Origin: a virus
DNA length: 38,346 nt
Virus record (IMG/VR): IMGVR_UViG_3300045988_086125
Span: 1 to 38,346 of that record
Direction: 5' to 3' (one strand)
A model generated the notes under the pieces. That model worked only from the letters and a program-made list of their open reading frames with translations. It was not told where the DNA came from and made no database searches. Position 1 is the first letter of the stretch. Each line of letters begins with the position of its first letter. Below, one piece after another: positions 17,845-25,152 of this stretch. A program made the translations under genes and the position numbers.

Positions 17845-19080
17845 TCAGAAATATCTTGAACGAATCGTCCGTGCTTGGTTGTCGCGGTGCTGGTTAAATA
17901 CTGCATAGCGCATGGAATCCATACAGTTATCCATTTTCTTAATTGGCACTCCCTTGTCGCTATCCCACACATATTCGTATATTTCATCAAGAAATTTTAC
18001 TGGTGCATTTTTAAGGACAAAAAAATGACCGGTAGTCATAAGTTCTGAAACAGACTCGATACCAGTCAAAATATTTTTGTTAGCGTTACGGGCTTGAATA
18101 CCATTCATTTGCAATTCTGATACATATTCTGGCCTAGCAGGATCGCACCAAAACGTTAAATTATAACCGTGCCTTTGCTGTATATCCTTCATTACCCGAA
18201 TCCAGTAATCAATATATCTATGCGTAGCAGTATGCTCTTCAGTTAGGTAAGTGTTACCTTGCTGATCGTCTGCCCAAACAGTGATTGAAGTAGCGTGTCC
18301 TTCCGCAAAACCAAAGTCAACGCCACAGTAGTACGTATAGTCGCCATTAGTCGGAAGCTCATCAATCATCATCTGGTCTTTATCAAAGTCGCTGTAAACT
18401 AAGCCTTCTGCTGATACCCAACGACCATAGATTGATCTATCAGTAAACATTCCAGAAGGTGTTTGGGCTTTCAGCGATTTTACATACTCGGGACTAAGAA
18501 ACGTATTATCATCAATCGTAAAATTAAAAGCCCGAATTCTTGCTTCGGGTTTCTTATTATCAATGTAATCTGTTTTCAGATAATGAACTGGTGAATCGGG
18601 GTTAGTCGTAACTACGATTCTGGAATTCTTCACAGAACAACGTTGCAATATTTCTTGAAATACAGATTGATCAGCCAATGATCCTTCATCAATGTACGCT
18701 GAATAAGCAGTAGCACCACGAATAGCACCAACACCTCGTTTATTCCCGGTATATACAGGAACAATATCAACATTCATGAAATGATAATGGCCGTGTCGAT
18801 CTGCTTTTAGCTCAATTCCAAACTCGTTTTCGATTGACGCAATCACGTTAGTATAAATAGAGTTGGAACTATAACCAGCCAAAATAACGATAGGATGCGG
18901 ATCATGTCGCATTTTTGCAAGTTTGGCCACCCTTCTAATTTCTAAAAGGAATATCCAATCGGAAATGAAGGTTTTACCAGCACGAACAGCACCAGAAAGA
19001 ATTAAGATTCGCCAATCATCATGTAGATAAGATTGCAACACTTCCTGCTGTTTTGCAGTGAGTAAATCTGGTAATGCCAA
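17845..19080 (-). CDS. terL: terminase large subunit (PBSX/Terminase_3-like, headful type)
   Basis: 411 aa with a TTG start after an AAAGGGGTGAT RBS. The Walker A motif is SGAVRAGKT, the Walker B-like motif is AYIDEGS, and the C-terminal nuclease part contains CGVDFGF. Confidence 0.9.
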   Translation of the reverse strand: MALPDLLTAKQQEVLQSYLHDDWRILILSGAVRAGKTFISDWIFLLEIRRVAKLAKMRHDPHPIVILAGYSSNSIYTNVIASIENEFGIELKADRHGHYHFMNVDIVPVYTGNKRGVGAIRGATAYSAYIDEGSLADQSVFQEILQRCSVKNSRIVVTTNPDSPVHYLKTDYIDNKKPEARIRAFNFTIDDNTFLSPEYVKSLKAQTPSGMFTDRSIYGRWVSAEGLVYSDFDKDQMMIDELPTNGDYTYYCGVDFGFAEGHATSITVWADDQQGNTYLTEEHTATHRYIDYWIRVMKDIQQRHGYNLTFWCDPARPEYVSELQMNGIQARNANKNILTGIESVSELMTTGHFFVLKNAPVKFLDEIYEYVWDSDKGVPIKKMDNCMDSMRYAVFNQHRDNQARTIRSRYF

Positions 19081-19133
19081 TGCTGATCACCCCTTTTCAA
19101 ATAAAAAAGCACTCATAATGAGTGCTCCTGCAT

Positions 19134-19611
19134 TTATACGTATTTCCAGATATAACCATTGGCTGTTTTGCGTTTTCCACGGCAACAAGCAATGACACTG
19201 CTTGACCAAAATCCATGTCGCTGTGCTTCCATTGCAGAAGGGTATGTTTTAACGAACTCCCCTGACTTTGTATATTGAGCAACCTTCTTGCAACGAGTCA
19301 CATTATTTCTTTGCTTGTTTCCGATCTTCACTGCTCGTTTATTATAGCTATTGAATGGTGCTGAAAATTAACATGAAGATATCCACCATTATTGAAATTC
19401 TGTTTCAAGATTGTTTCTTTTGTATAGTAGGTTCCACCTTTAGGCGCTACATGTTTTCTAGGTAAAGTTTTTACTCTTCCTAAATTAGATACAGCATAAA
19501 GGCCCGCATAATTGTTGCCACGAATGGTCTTAACATTTTCCAGACTTCACTCGGTAAAGTCGGGGTGGTTGTATCTTTCCAATAATTCTTTATAATTGTC
19601 ACTGTAATCAT
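19134..19611 (-). pseudogene. decayed HNH-type homing endonuclease (NUMOD4-like N-terminus, catalytic core lost, NUMOD1/IENR1-like C-terminus)
   Basis: Hand translation. ATG at 19611 gives ...PSEVWK. After a frameshift the next frame reads VKTIRGNNYAGLYAVSNLGRVKTLPRKHV...GGYLHVNFQHHSIAIINEQ*. No HNH motif follows. The last fragment (19134..19331) reads VAQYTKSGEFVKTYPSAMEAQRHGFWSSSVIACCRGKRKTANGYIWKYV. Confidence 0.65.
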
Positions 19612-19683
19612 ATCCTTTCTATGGTTACCAGCTCTAGGGTGTTACCAGCACCGCTAGGGCTTTTATTTTACAGTTATATTATA

Positions 19684-20184
19684 TCATTTATTACTATCAG
19701 CTTTATCGCTTTCACGAGTTAACTTGTTCATGATTGCGTCTAAAGCTGTAACAACATCTTGACCGTTTTCTTCAAGCGACTTTGCCCTTGCCTCCGCCAC
19801 TCGTGCATCAGCATTAGCCTTACGAACCTTAGCCCGTGTAAGCTCAGGCGTATCATTATCAGACAGCATACCGGCCATTTTTAGAATAGTAGTTGCTGAT
19901 TGCAACTGAACCATTTCTGATTTAGCTTCTAACAACTCTTTCAGCTTCTTAAGCGCCTTACTTTCGTAGTCATTTTTAACAACAAGTGATCGGTACTGTT
20001 TTTGTGCTGCCTTGAACAACTCTTCGTTTTTCCAACTACTCAAAGTAGACCTGCTTCGGCCAACTGACTTAGCGATTTCTTCATCGGTCAACTCATCTTC
20101 AAACAGCAACACAACCGCTTTTTGACGACGCTTGTCCAACTCATAAAAAGGCCCGTCTTGTCCCTTTTTGTTTACTTTACTCAT
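19684..20184 (-). CDS. terS: terminase small subunit (HTH-containing)
   Basis: 166 aa. The HTH is LTDEEIAKSVGRSRSTLSSWK and the C-terminus is a coiled coil. It is the first gene of the packaging module. Confidence 0.7.
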   Translation of the reverse strand: MSKVNKKGQDGPFYELDKRRQKAVVLLFEDELTDEEIAKSVGRSRSTLSSWKNEELFKAAQKQYRSLVVKNDYESKALKKLKELLEAKSEMVQLQSATTILKMAGMLSDNDTPELTRAKVRKANADARVAEARAKSLEENGQDVVTALDAIMNKLTRESDKADSNK

Positions 20185-20245
20185 GGCATATCACCACACC
20201 TCATTTCGTCAAAATAAATAACGTTTGGTCGTTCCATTTTGTACC

Positions 20246-20425
20246 TCACAACTTCATTCTCGGCGGTTTAATGCTATACCTGACCTTTTTATCGATTTTC
20301 GTCTTAACGGGCTTGTGCCGCTCATTCTCGGCCTTGTGTCGCTCTCTGCATATCCGGTCAGCATAAGCCAACATGATATACTCAGACCGGCTACTGACTA
20401 GCCCATATTTCTTTGTAATAAACAT
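20246..20425 (-). CDS. small basic hypothetical protein (59 aa)
   Basis: The ATG at 20425 follows GGTGAGCG. The longer track ORF (to 20521) would read through a terminator hairpin, so the internal start is preferred. Confidence 0.4.
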   Translation of the reverse strand: MFITKKYGLVSSRSEYIMLAYADRICRERHKAENERHKPVKTKIDKKVRYSIKPPRMKL

Positions 20426-20442
20426 TCGTTCGCTCACCAACC

Positions 20443-20470
20443 AAATAAAAAAGACGGGCCGAAACCCGTC
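20443..20470 (-). terminator. rho-independent terminator downstream of the tRNA
   Basis: Minus strand reads GACGGG-TTTCGG-CCCGTC followed by TTTTTTATTT. Confidence 0.7.
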
Positions 20471-20577
20471 CATTGAAACTGATGCGTAAGCAGCACGCCA
20501 ACGACCACTGTCAACGTACACGCTAAAACTACTTATTAAATCAACGAAAAATAGTTTTATTTTTTGCCCGTAGGCAA

Positions 20578-20665
20578 CGGAAAATGAAGGATTCGAACCT
20601 CCGAACGCTTTTTTCGCGTTACCGGTTTAGCGAACCGGTGCAATCAGCCACTCTGCCAATTTTCC
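20578..20665 (-). tRNA. class II tRNA, Ser(GCU)-like, with C at position 33
   Basis: Folded by hand. Acceptor stem GGAAAAT/ATTTTCC with discriminator G. D arm GCAG..TTGC with A14 and GG. Anticodon stem CCGGT/ACCGG with loop TCGCTAA. Long variable arm AACGC-GAAAAAA-GCGTT. T arm GGAGG-TTCGAAT-CCTTC. No CCA is encoded. Confidence 0.8.
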
Positions 20666-20741
20666 AAAACCCGCCGGCGTTGATAAGGAACACCATGCCG
20701 GAAGGATTATATGCAAAGGATTATGCAACCCGTTTAATTTG

Positions 20742-20755
20742 TGCCATCTCTGGCA
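20742..20755. repeat. 14-bp direct repeat copy 1 (tgccatctctggca; itself a TGCCA/TGGCA hairpin)
   Basis: Exact second copy at 21144..21157, 402 bp away. Both copies lie inside the non-coding block. Confidence 0.9.
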
Positions 20756-21143
20756 AAGGATAGGTAGTGGACTCGCACCACTTTTTGCATGCTGCCAACG
20801 CCGGTAGATCGTTCAAATAACGTTAACAGCAAGCCCACCTGGGACCTTCCAACTATCTGCCGTGTCTTACAGATAGTAACACCGTAAGGCGGAATTGCAC
20901 CGCCTCGCAAATGATCAATATTGGAGCGATTAGGTTTAAGGCTTACGGAAGTGATCATTTGCCATCTTATACGGTATAACAAGCGGTTTCCCGCTCGTTA
21001 GGTAAAAAGTCGCTTTGCAATTCGCGAATATTTTTCTTGCGCATGCAAGCTTAGAAATCAAAGTATGACTAATCTAAACAATCGTCTTGAAAGGATTTCA
21101 TTTCCAACAAAATTTGAAAGACCATCGGAACAGAAAGGTTCTA

Positions 21144-21157
21144 TGCCATCTCTGGCA
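21144..21157. repeat. 14-bp direct repeat copy 2 (tgccatctctggca)
   Basis: Exact match to 20742..20755. Confidence 0.9.
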
Positions 21158-21237
21158 CAATACCAATATACCGCATTTTCAAGGTTTGTTTAATCCCCTC
21201 TTAGTACCCCAGTTGGTACTACCTTATATACCACTTT

Positions 21238-21729
21238 TTAAGCAGTCGCTTTCTTCATGATTGTAAACGTAGGGAATAGCTCTTCAACTTGGTACTTTGC
21301 AATCGCTGTTTCGATCGTTTCTGAGAACTCATAGCATGCAAACTTTTCCGACTTATGCCAGCTCTTGTTGCTACTGATATGCAGCAGCTCTTTGACGTCT
21401 TCCACTTGTTCCCGTTTCACAAACCGGTTTTTCAGAATAACTCGGCTTTCTTCACTCAAACAATTGTTGATTGCGTCATACACCGCATTTAATGCCCGTG
21501 AATACTCCGTGTGAGCGATAAAGGCGTCTTCGTTGTGATTTCCACCACTACCACCGAAACCGCCGTCAGCAGACAATGATGGGCTTTTAATGTCTCCTGA
21601 CCCTGCCTTGCGCAAAATATGGCTAAATGTCCGCTTGTTGAATCCATCGTCAAAGAAGAAATCGCGCACCGCTTGACGGGTTGCCTGCTCATCGATTTCG
21701 TCAAATAATTCTGCTTGTTTAACTGCCAT
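21238..21729 (-). CDS. ArpU-family late transcriptional regulator
   Basis: 163 aa. LFDEIDEQATRQAVRDFF...IKSPSLSADGGFGGSGGN...RVILKNRF matches the ArpU pattern. It is the last gene before the packaging module. Confidence 0.75.
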   Translation of the reverse strand: MAVKQAELFDEIDEQATRQAVRDFFFDDGFNKRTFSHILRKAGSGDIKSPSLSADGGFGGSGGNHNEDAFIAHTEYSRALNAVYDAINNCLSEESRVILKNRFVKREQVEDVKELLHISSNKSWHKSEKFACYEFSETIETAIAKYQVEELFPTFTIMKKATA

Positions 21730-21732
21730 GCC

Positions 21733-22272
21733 CTAACCCCTTTCGACTTCATAGCGACCCAGATATGGCTTTTCTTGCCGGCGTTTCAAATAGTTATGCA
21801 GCGCATGGGTTTTAAAGCCTAACGCCCGTTCTGCTGCTTGAATGCTGATATAGTGCATGACCTTACCTAGCTTTAAATCTTTAATGGTGATTTCCATGCC
21901 AGGCCTTTTAAATGACGGCAACTTTTGGTGCATAACCTTCAATGCTCCGTTCCTGCGAACGTGGTAAAGGTAGCTGCTTCTAGAAATCGGCACGTTCTCG
22001 ATAACCCAATGCCAGTTTTCGCCATGCTCTAGCGCTTCCTTTTGTTTTGCGTAAATTTCAGCCTCAATGGCAAAGTTGTCAACACTTTGTCCTGGCTTGT
22101 GATAGCTTGCTCGCATTTCCTTAATCATCGCTTGCAGCTTCTTGTACTTCGCTGTTGCCGTTTCGCCGTCTGGGAAACCATCATCGTCCAGAAAGTCATA
22201 CTCAAGATATAAATCGGGGCACGTTGTTCGATACCAGTTCTCCAACTGGCAAAACTCTTTCATGTCAATCAT
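21733..22272 (-). CDS. hypothetical protein with NUMOD1/IENR1-like C-terminal DNA-binding motif
   Basis: 179 aa. The C-terminal ITIKDLKLGKVMHYISIQAAERALGFKTHALHNYLKRR...YLGRYEVE resembles homing-endonuclease DNA-binding repeats. Confidence 0.5.
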   Translation of the reverse strand: MIDMKEFCQLENWYRTTCPDLYLEYDFLDDDGFPDGETATAKYKKLQAMIKEMRASYHKPGQSVDNFAIEAEIYAKQKEALEHGENWHWVIENVPISRSSYLYHVRRNGALKVMHQKLPSFKRPGMEITIKDLKLGKVMHYISIQAAERALGFKTHALHNYLKRRQEKPYLGRYEVERG

Positions 22273-22369
22273 CTAATCACCTACCATTCTCACGATTGCC
22301 ACTACTACCAATATTCAGAACCAGTACACCAGGCATGCAAAAAGGACCAAGCCTAACCTTTTCCAGTTT

Positions 22370-22609
22370 TTACGATTCATGCCGTTCCTCGCTTTCGATA
22401 ACATGCTTGCCCGTTGTATATACGTTTTCCCAACCAGTTAAAATCTTTGAAAAGTGCTTTGAGTAGTAATGCCCTTCGTCGTTGTACATTTCATCAAGCA
22501 GCACGGTTTTGTTCAACTTGTTCAGCTCGACGATTTGATACAGCCTAAAACCGTCAATCAGCGTTACCAGCTCGTTGTTGCGGAATGCTTGTTCTACATT
22601 GTTAATCAT
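22370..22609 (-). CDS. hypothetical early protein
   Basis: 79-aa ORF in the co-directional early operon. Confidence 0.5.
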   Translation of the reverse strand: MINNVEQAFRNNELVTLIDGFRLYQIVELNKLNKTVLLDEMYNDEGHYYSKHFSKILTGWENVYTTGKHVIESEERHES

Positions 22610-23081
22610 CTTTTAAAGCCTCCCACAGTTTTTTTACAAGCTCTGGATTTGCGGTAAAATCGATTGACACTGGGCCAGTTTTATATAGATTCTCTGCGAT
22701 TTGGGAATACTGGTATTGTTTGCGCCATTCGTAGGCTGGCTCAGCAGCTAGTGCGCTTCGTATGTTAATGTGGCGGGTCTTTTGCGACCGGTTGTTATTA
22801 GTTTGCAGCATCTTTTCAGAGTGTTGCCAATCAGCCGGCTTTACCTGCAGCAATCCTAGTGGATCCGTCTTCAAAGACTGTTGGAGTTTCTTCTCCAGGA
22901 TTTTGCCTTCAAGATCGTTCTCGCGATAATAGGCACGCTTGCGAAACTTATATGGCCTGCATGTAACTTTATTAAGCCGTTTGTCAAAAAGCCCACCTCT
23001 GTTAGTTTCGTTTACGTGCTCTCTGACCAAACGCCCAATGTGAGTGCGTCCCTTGTGTTGTTTTGCTCGTCTAGTGCTCAT
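22602..23081 (-). CDS. hypothetical basic early protein
   Basis: 159-aa ORF with a strongly basic N-terminus (RRAKQHKGRTHIGR). Confidence 0.55.
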   Translation of the reverse strand: MSTRRAKQHKGRTHIGRLVREHVNETNRGGLFDKRLNKVTCRPYKFRKRAYYRENDLEGKILEKKLQQSLKTDPLGLLQVKPADWQHSEKMLQTNNNRSQKTRHINIRSALAAEPAYEWRKQYQYSQIAENLYKTGPVSIDFTANPELVKKLWEALKDD

Positions 23082-23351
23082 TTAATCGTCCCCCATATCG
23101 TTCCAGAAACAATCTTCCATGTACTGCTTGCCAAACTTGTTCAGCATAAATTTGCGGTATTTTTTAGTTGCCTTTGCAGAACCATCGACATAATAATCGT
23201 CCAGATCAATCAGGTAACTAGTGTTTGTTCGATGGCTTTTTCCGCACAACAAATCATCTTCCAACGTGATGTCAAAAGTTTTGCCGACACCGGTCAACGC
23301 AATGAAAAGTCCTCTGATATCGTCTTTTGTTAGCTGGTTAACGTAATTCAT
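23082..23351 (-). CDS. hypothetical early protein (89 aa from internal ATG)
   Basis: The ATG at 23351 follows a GGGGGACAACA RBS. The longer track ORF overlaps the upstream gene. Confidence 0.5.
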   Translation of the reverse strand: MNYVNQLTKDDIRGLFIALTGVGKTFDITLEDDLLCGKSHRTNTSYLIDLDDYYVDGSAKATKKYRKFMLNKFGKQYMEDCFWNDMGDD

Positions 23352-23361
23352 TGTTGTCCCC

Positions 23362-23556
23362 CTAGTTAATAATCGTTGGCTCCGAAAACTTATCAGCATC
23401 GATATCACTAGCACAAAAATCATCTGGTTCAAACAAATGAAATGTCCGAAATTGATTAAGATAATCAACCACTGTTTTAATAGCTTCGCTTTCGCTTTTA
23501 GCAATTACTACATGATCTTCTTCTTTATAAATTGACATTACATCGTAAATTTTCAT
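23362..23556 (-). CDS. hypothetical small acidic protein
   Basis: 64-aa ORF whose start forms an ATGA overlap with the upstream stop. Confidence 0.5.
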   Translation of the reverse strand: MKIYDVMSIYKEEDHVVIAKSESEAIKTVVDYLNQFRTFHLFEPDDFCASDIDADKFSEPTIIN

Positions 23557-23906
23557 CGTTCGTCCTCCTTGAACTCAATCCAAGCATAGATAGCAAGCAT
23601 GGTCTGGACTAGGATATAGTCTTCTTTGGCTACCAATTCTTCTCTATCTACGTCCAGCTCACACCCATAGCGGTTGCAGATACGCTCAGCTACTTTGGCC
23701 CAGTTGTCGGTTTGCCGAATCAGTTCACCAATGCAGAAGCCTTCATCACCATAGACACCTTTGCTAACGTGCTCATAATAGATGATGCTGTCAGTATGGT
23801 TGTCCTCAAAATTCGTGATATACGTAACTTCGTAAGGCTCGTTGGCATACTTATGGTTAGTTTCGTTGTAGTAATGGTTAATTTGTTTTTTAAATAAAAA
23901 GCTCAT
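23553..23906 (-). CDS. hypothetical early protein
   Basis: The ATG at 23906 lies 8 nt after an AGGGAG RBS. The product starts MSFLFKKQ. Confidence 0.55.
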   Translation of the reverse strand: MSFLFKKQINHYYNETNHKYANEPYEVTYITNFEDNHTDSIIYYEHVSKGVYGDEGFCIGELIRQTDNWAKVAERICNRYGCELDVDREELVAKEDYILVQTMLAIYAWIEFKEDER

Positions 23907-23924
23907 AATCCACACTCCCTAAAT

Positions 23925-24311
23925 TCAAGGCCATCTATCAATCACCTTCACTACAAATTCAAATGCCCAATATGCCAGAATGTACATGCAGCCTACATCA
24001 AATATCTTTACGCCGAGCTGATAGTTGAACCAAAGCTTACATACTGTTCCAACTATCATCGTGACAATGCTGGCTAATAGCAGTGCATTCTTAATGCTCT
24101 TTATGGTGCGGTGTCGTTCAGCGTTTAGGTCGTCATACATGAGCATGCACAAGGTTGTTGGTTTCATATCAACAACATTCGCGACGTTCACGACAAAGCT
24201 AATGATAATCTTCATCAGGTCATAGCCAGTAAACTCTTCCGGCATCTGATCAACAAAGGCGTCCCACGCTCTGCTTGACACTTCGACTAGTTCTTTGTCA
24301 GTCATCGTCAC
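23925..24311 (-). CDS. hypothetical membrane protein
   Basis: 128 aa with hydrophobic helices (LLLASIVTMIVGTV, CMYILAYWAFEFVV). Confidence 0.55.
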   Translation of the reverse strand: MTMTDKELVEVSSRAWDAFVDQMPEEFTGYDLMKIIISFVVNVANVVDMKPTTLCMLMYDDLNAERHRTIKSIKNALLLASIVTMIVGTVCKLWFNYQLGVKIFDVGCMYILAYWAFEFVVKVIDRWP

Positions 24312-24318
24312 AGCTCCT

Positions 24319-24495
24319 TTACTTATACAAACACAAGCCCAAAGCGAGCAGCATTAAGGCTACGAATACGATTAAAGCTGATATAACAGCCTTTTCAGAA
24401 TTGTAAAATTCTTCTTGATCCCAGACTAGCCAGATAATGGCTGCGACTACGCCGAAGAAGCTAACTACAATAGCTGCGTTTAAAAACAGCTTCAT
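24319..24495 (-). CDS. small 2-TM membrane protein (58 aa)
   Basis: The ATG at 24495 follows a GGAAATGAGGTG RBS. The product is MKLFLNAAIVVSFFGVVAAIIWLV...ISALIVFVALMLLALGLCLY. Confidence 0.5.
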   Translation of the reverse strand: MKLFLNAAIVVSFFGVVAAIIWLVWDQEEFYNSEKAVISALIVFVALMLLALGLCLYK

Positions 24496-24641
24496 CGCCA
24501 ACACCTCATTTCCTTTTCTCGCTCCGTTCGATATGCCCGCCAACGTGGACCAGAAACGCCTGGCCCGTTGGCACGATAACAGCGCTTGAATGCTTTCAAC
24601 GCAAGCACAAGCCCCGCATGTTCCCGTGCCCGTTTTGTCAT
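24492..24641 (-). CDS. small basic hypothetical protein (49 aa, below track cutoff)
   Basis: Hand translation: MTKRAREHAGLVLALKAFKRCYRANGPGVSGPRWRAYRTEREKEMRCWR. It abuts the upstream stop as TAAATG and forms an ATGA overlap with the downstream start. Confidence 0.35.
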   Translation of the reverse strand: MTKRAREHAGLVLALKAFKRCYRANGPGVSGPRWRAYRTEREKEMRCWR

Positions 24642-24911
24642 TTAGATTGCCCCTTCCTTCAACATCTTTGCGATTCGCTTTTCAGCACTATCAACCAGTG
24701 CAGCATATGCTTGCATGGTCTTGATTTCATCATCATTGTTTGCCGTTTGCTTGATATACTCGTCAAACGCAGCACTCAGTTTGCGTCCGCAGTACCAACG
24801 CCGCAGCTCAACCACCTTGCCATTTTCCTTGTTAATGCCAAACTTAACTAAAATGGCAGGATTGTAACTGTCGCTAGTGATGTAATAGCTATCGTCAATC
24901 TTGATCTTCAT
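24642..24911 (-). CDS. hypothetical early protein
   Basis: 89-aa ORF in the early operon. Confidence 0.55.
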   Translation of the reverse strand: MKIKIDDSYYITSDSYNPAILVKFGINKENGKVVELRRWYCGRKLSAAFDEYIKQTANNDDEIKTMQAYAALVDSAEKRIAKMLKEGAI

Positions 24912-25149
24912 CTTCTTGCTCCTCTATGATGTCGATAATATGTTCTGGTGCAATCGCAATCAGTTCGCCGTAAATTCCATCTGCTCGATATAGCGTTCCG
25001 TTTCGCCGTGCATAATCGATCTTTGCACACTCGTTCCGAAAAACACCATTGATATAGTATTTCGAATAACTAGTCGTGGTTTGGTTTGCGGTCAAAATCA
25101 ACCGCTTTGACTGTTCGTTGTTTTCAGTTCCTTTGTAGCTCGATACCAT
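24895..25149 (-). CDS. hypothetical early protein, acidic C-terminus
   Basis: 84-aa ORF. Confidence 0.5.
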   Translation of the reverse strand: MVSSYKGTENNEQSKRLILTANQTTTSYSKYYINGVFRNECAKIDYARRNGTLYRADGIYGELIAIAPEHIIDIIEEQEDEDQD

Positions 25150-25152
25150 GTT

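Larger units (their letters stand above)
20666..21237 (-). ncRNA. candidate large structured ncRNA (ROOL/GOLLD-class context), between the ArpU gene and the tRNA
   Basis: 572 nt with no credible ORF. There are many local hairpins: 20766..20782, 20853..20876, 20888..20904 and 20982..20995. An 11-bp perfect inverted repeat (20907..20917 / 20952..20962) is interleaved with a 7-bp pairing (20882..20888 / 20942..20948). The segment is followed by a tRNA and then a terminator. Confidence 0.4.

Noticed and set aside
19097-19331. Two overlapping 61/65-aa ORFs called as separate genes
   Set aside because: They are frame fragments of one decayed homing endonuclease. Only the 19134..19331 frame carries a recognisable (NUMOD1-like) motif.
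20426-20521. N-terminal extension of the 91-aa ORF 20246..20521
   Set aside because: The extension reads through the GACGGG/CCCGTC plus T-run terminator. The internal ATG at 20425 with an RBS is more plausible.
20578-20665. The tRNA as an integration site (att) relic
   Set aside because: It lies deep inside the phage between the regulatory and packaging modules, far from int. It forms a complete cloverleaf rather than a 3' fragment.
20734-20982. 82-aa minus-strand ORF inside the non-coding block
   Set aside because: It has no RBS and no protein-like composition. It runs through multiple stable hairpins, so the region is better explained as structured RNA.
22273-22369. Terminator plus middle promoter in the 97-nt gap
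   Set aside because: Only an AAAAGG/CCTTTT stem and a TTGCAT -35 with a poor -10 are present. This is too weak to call.
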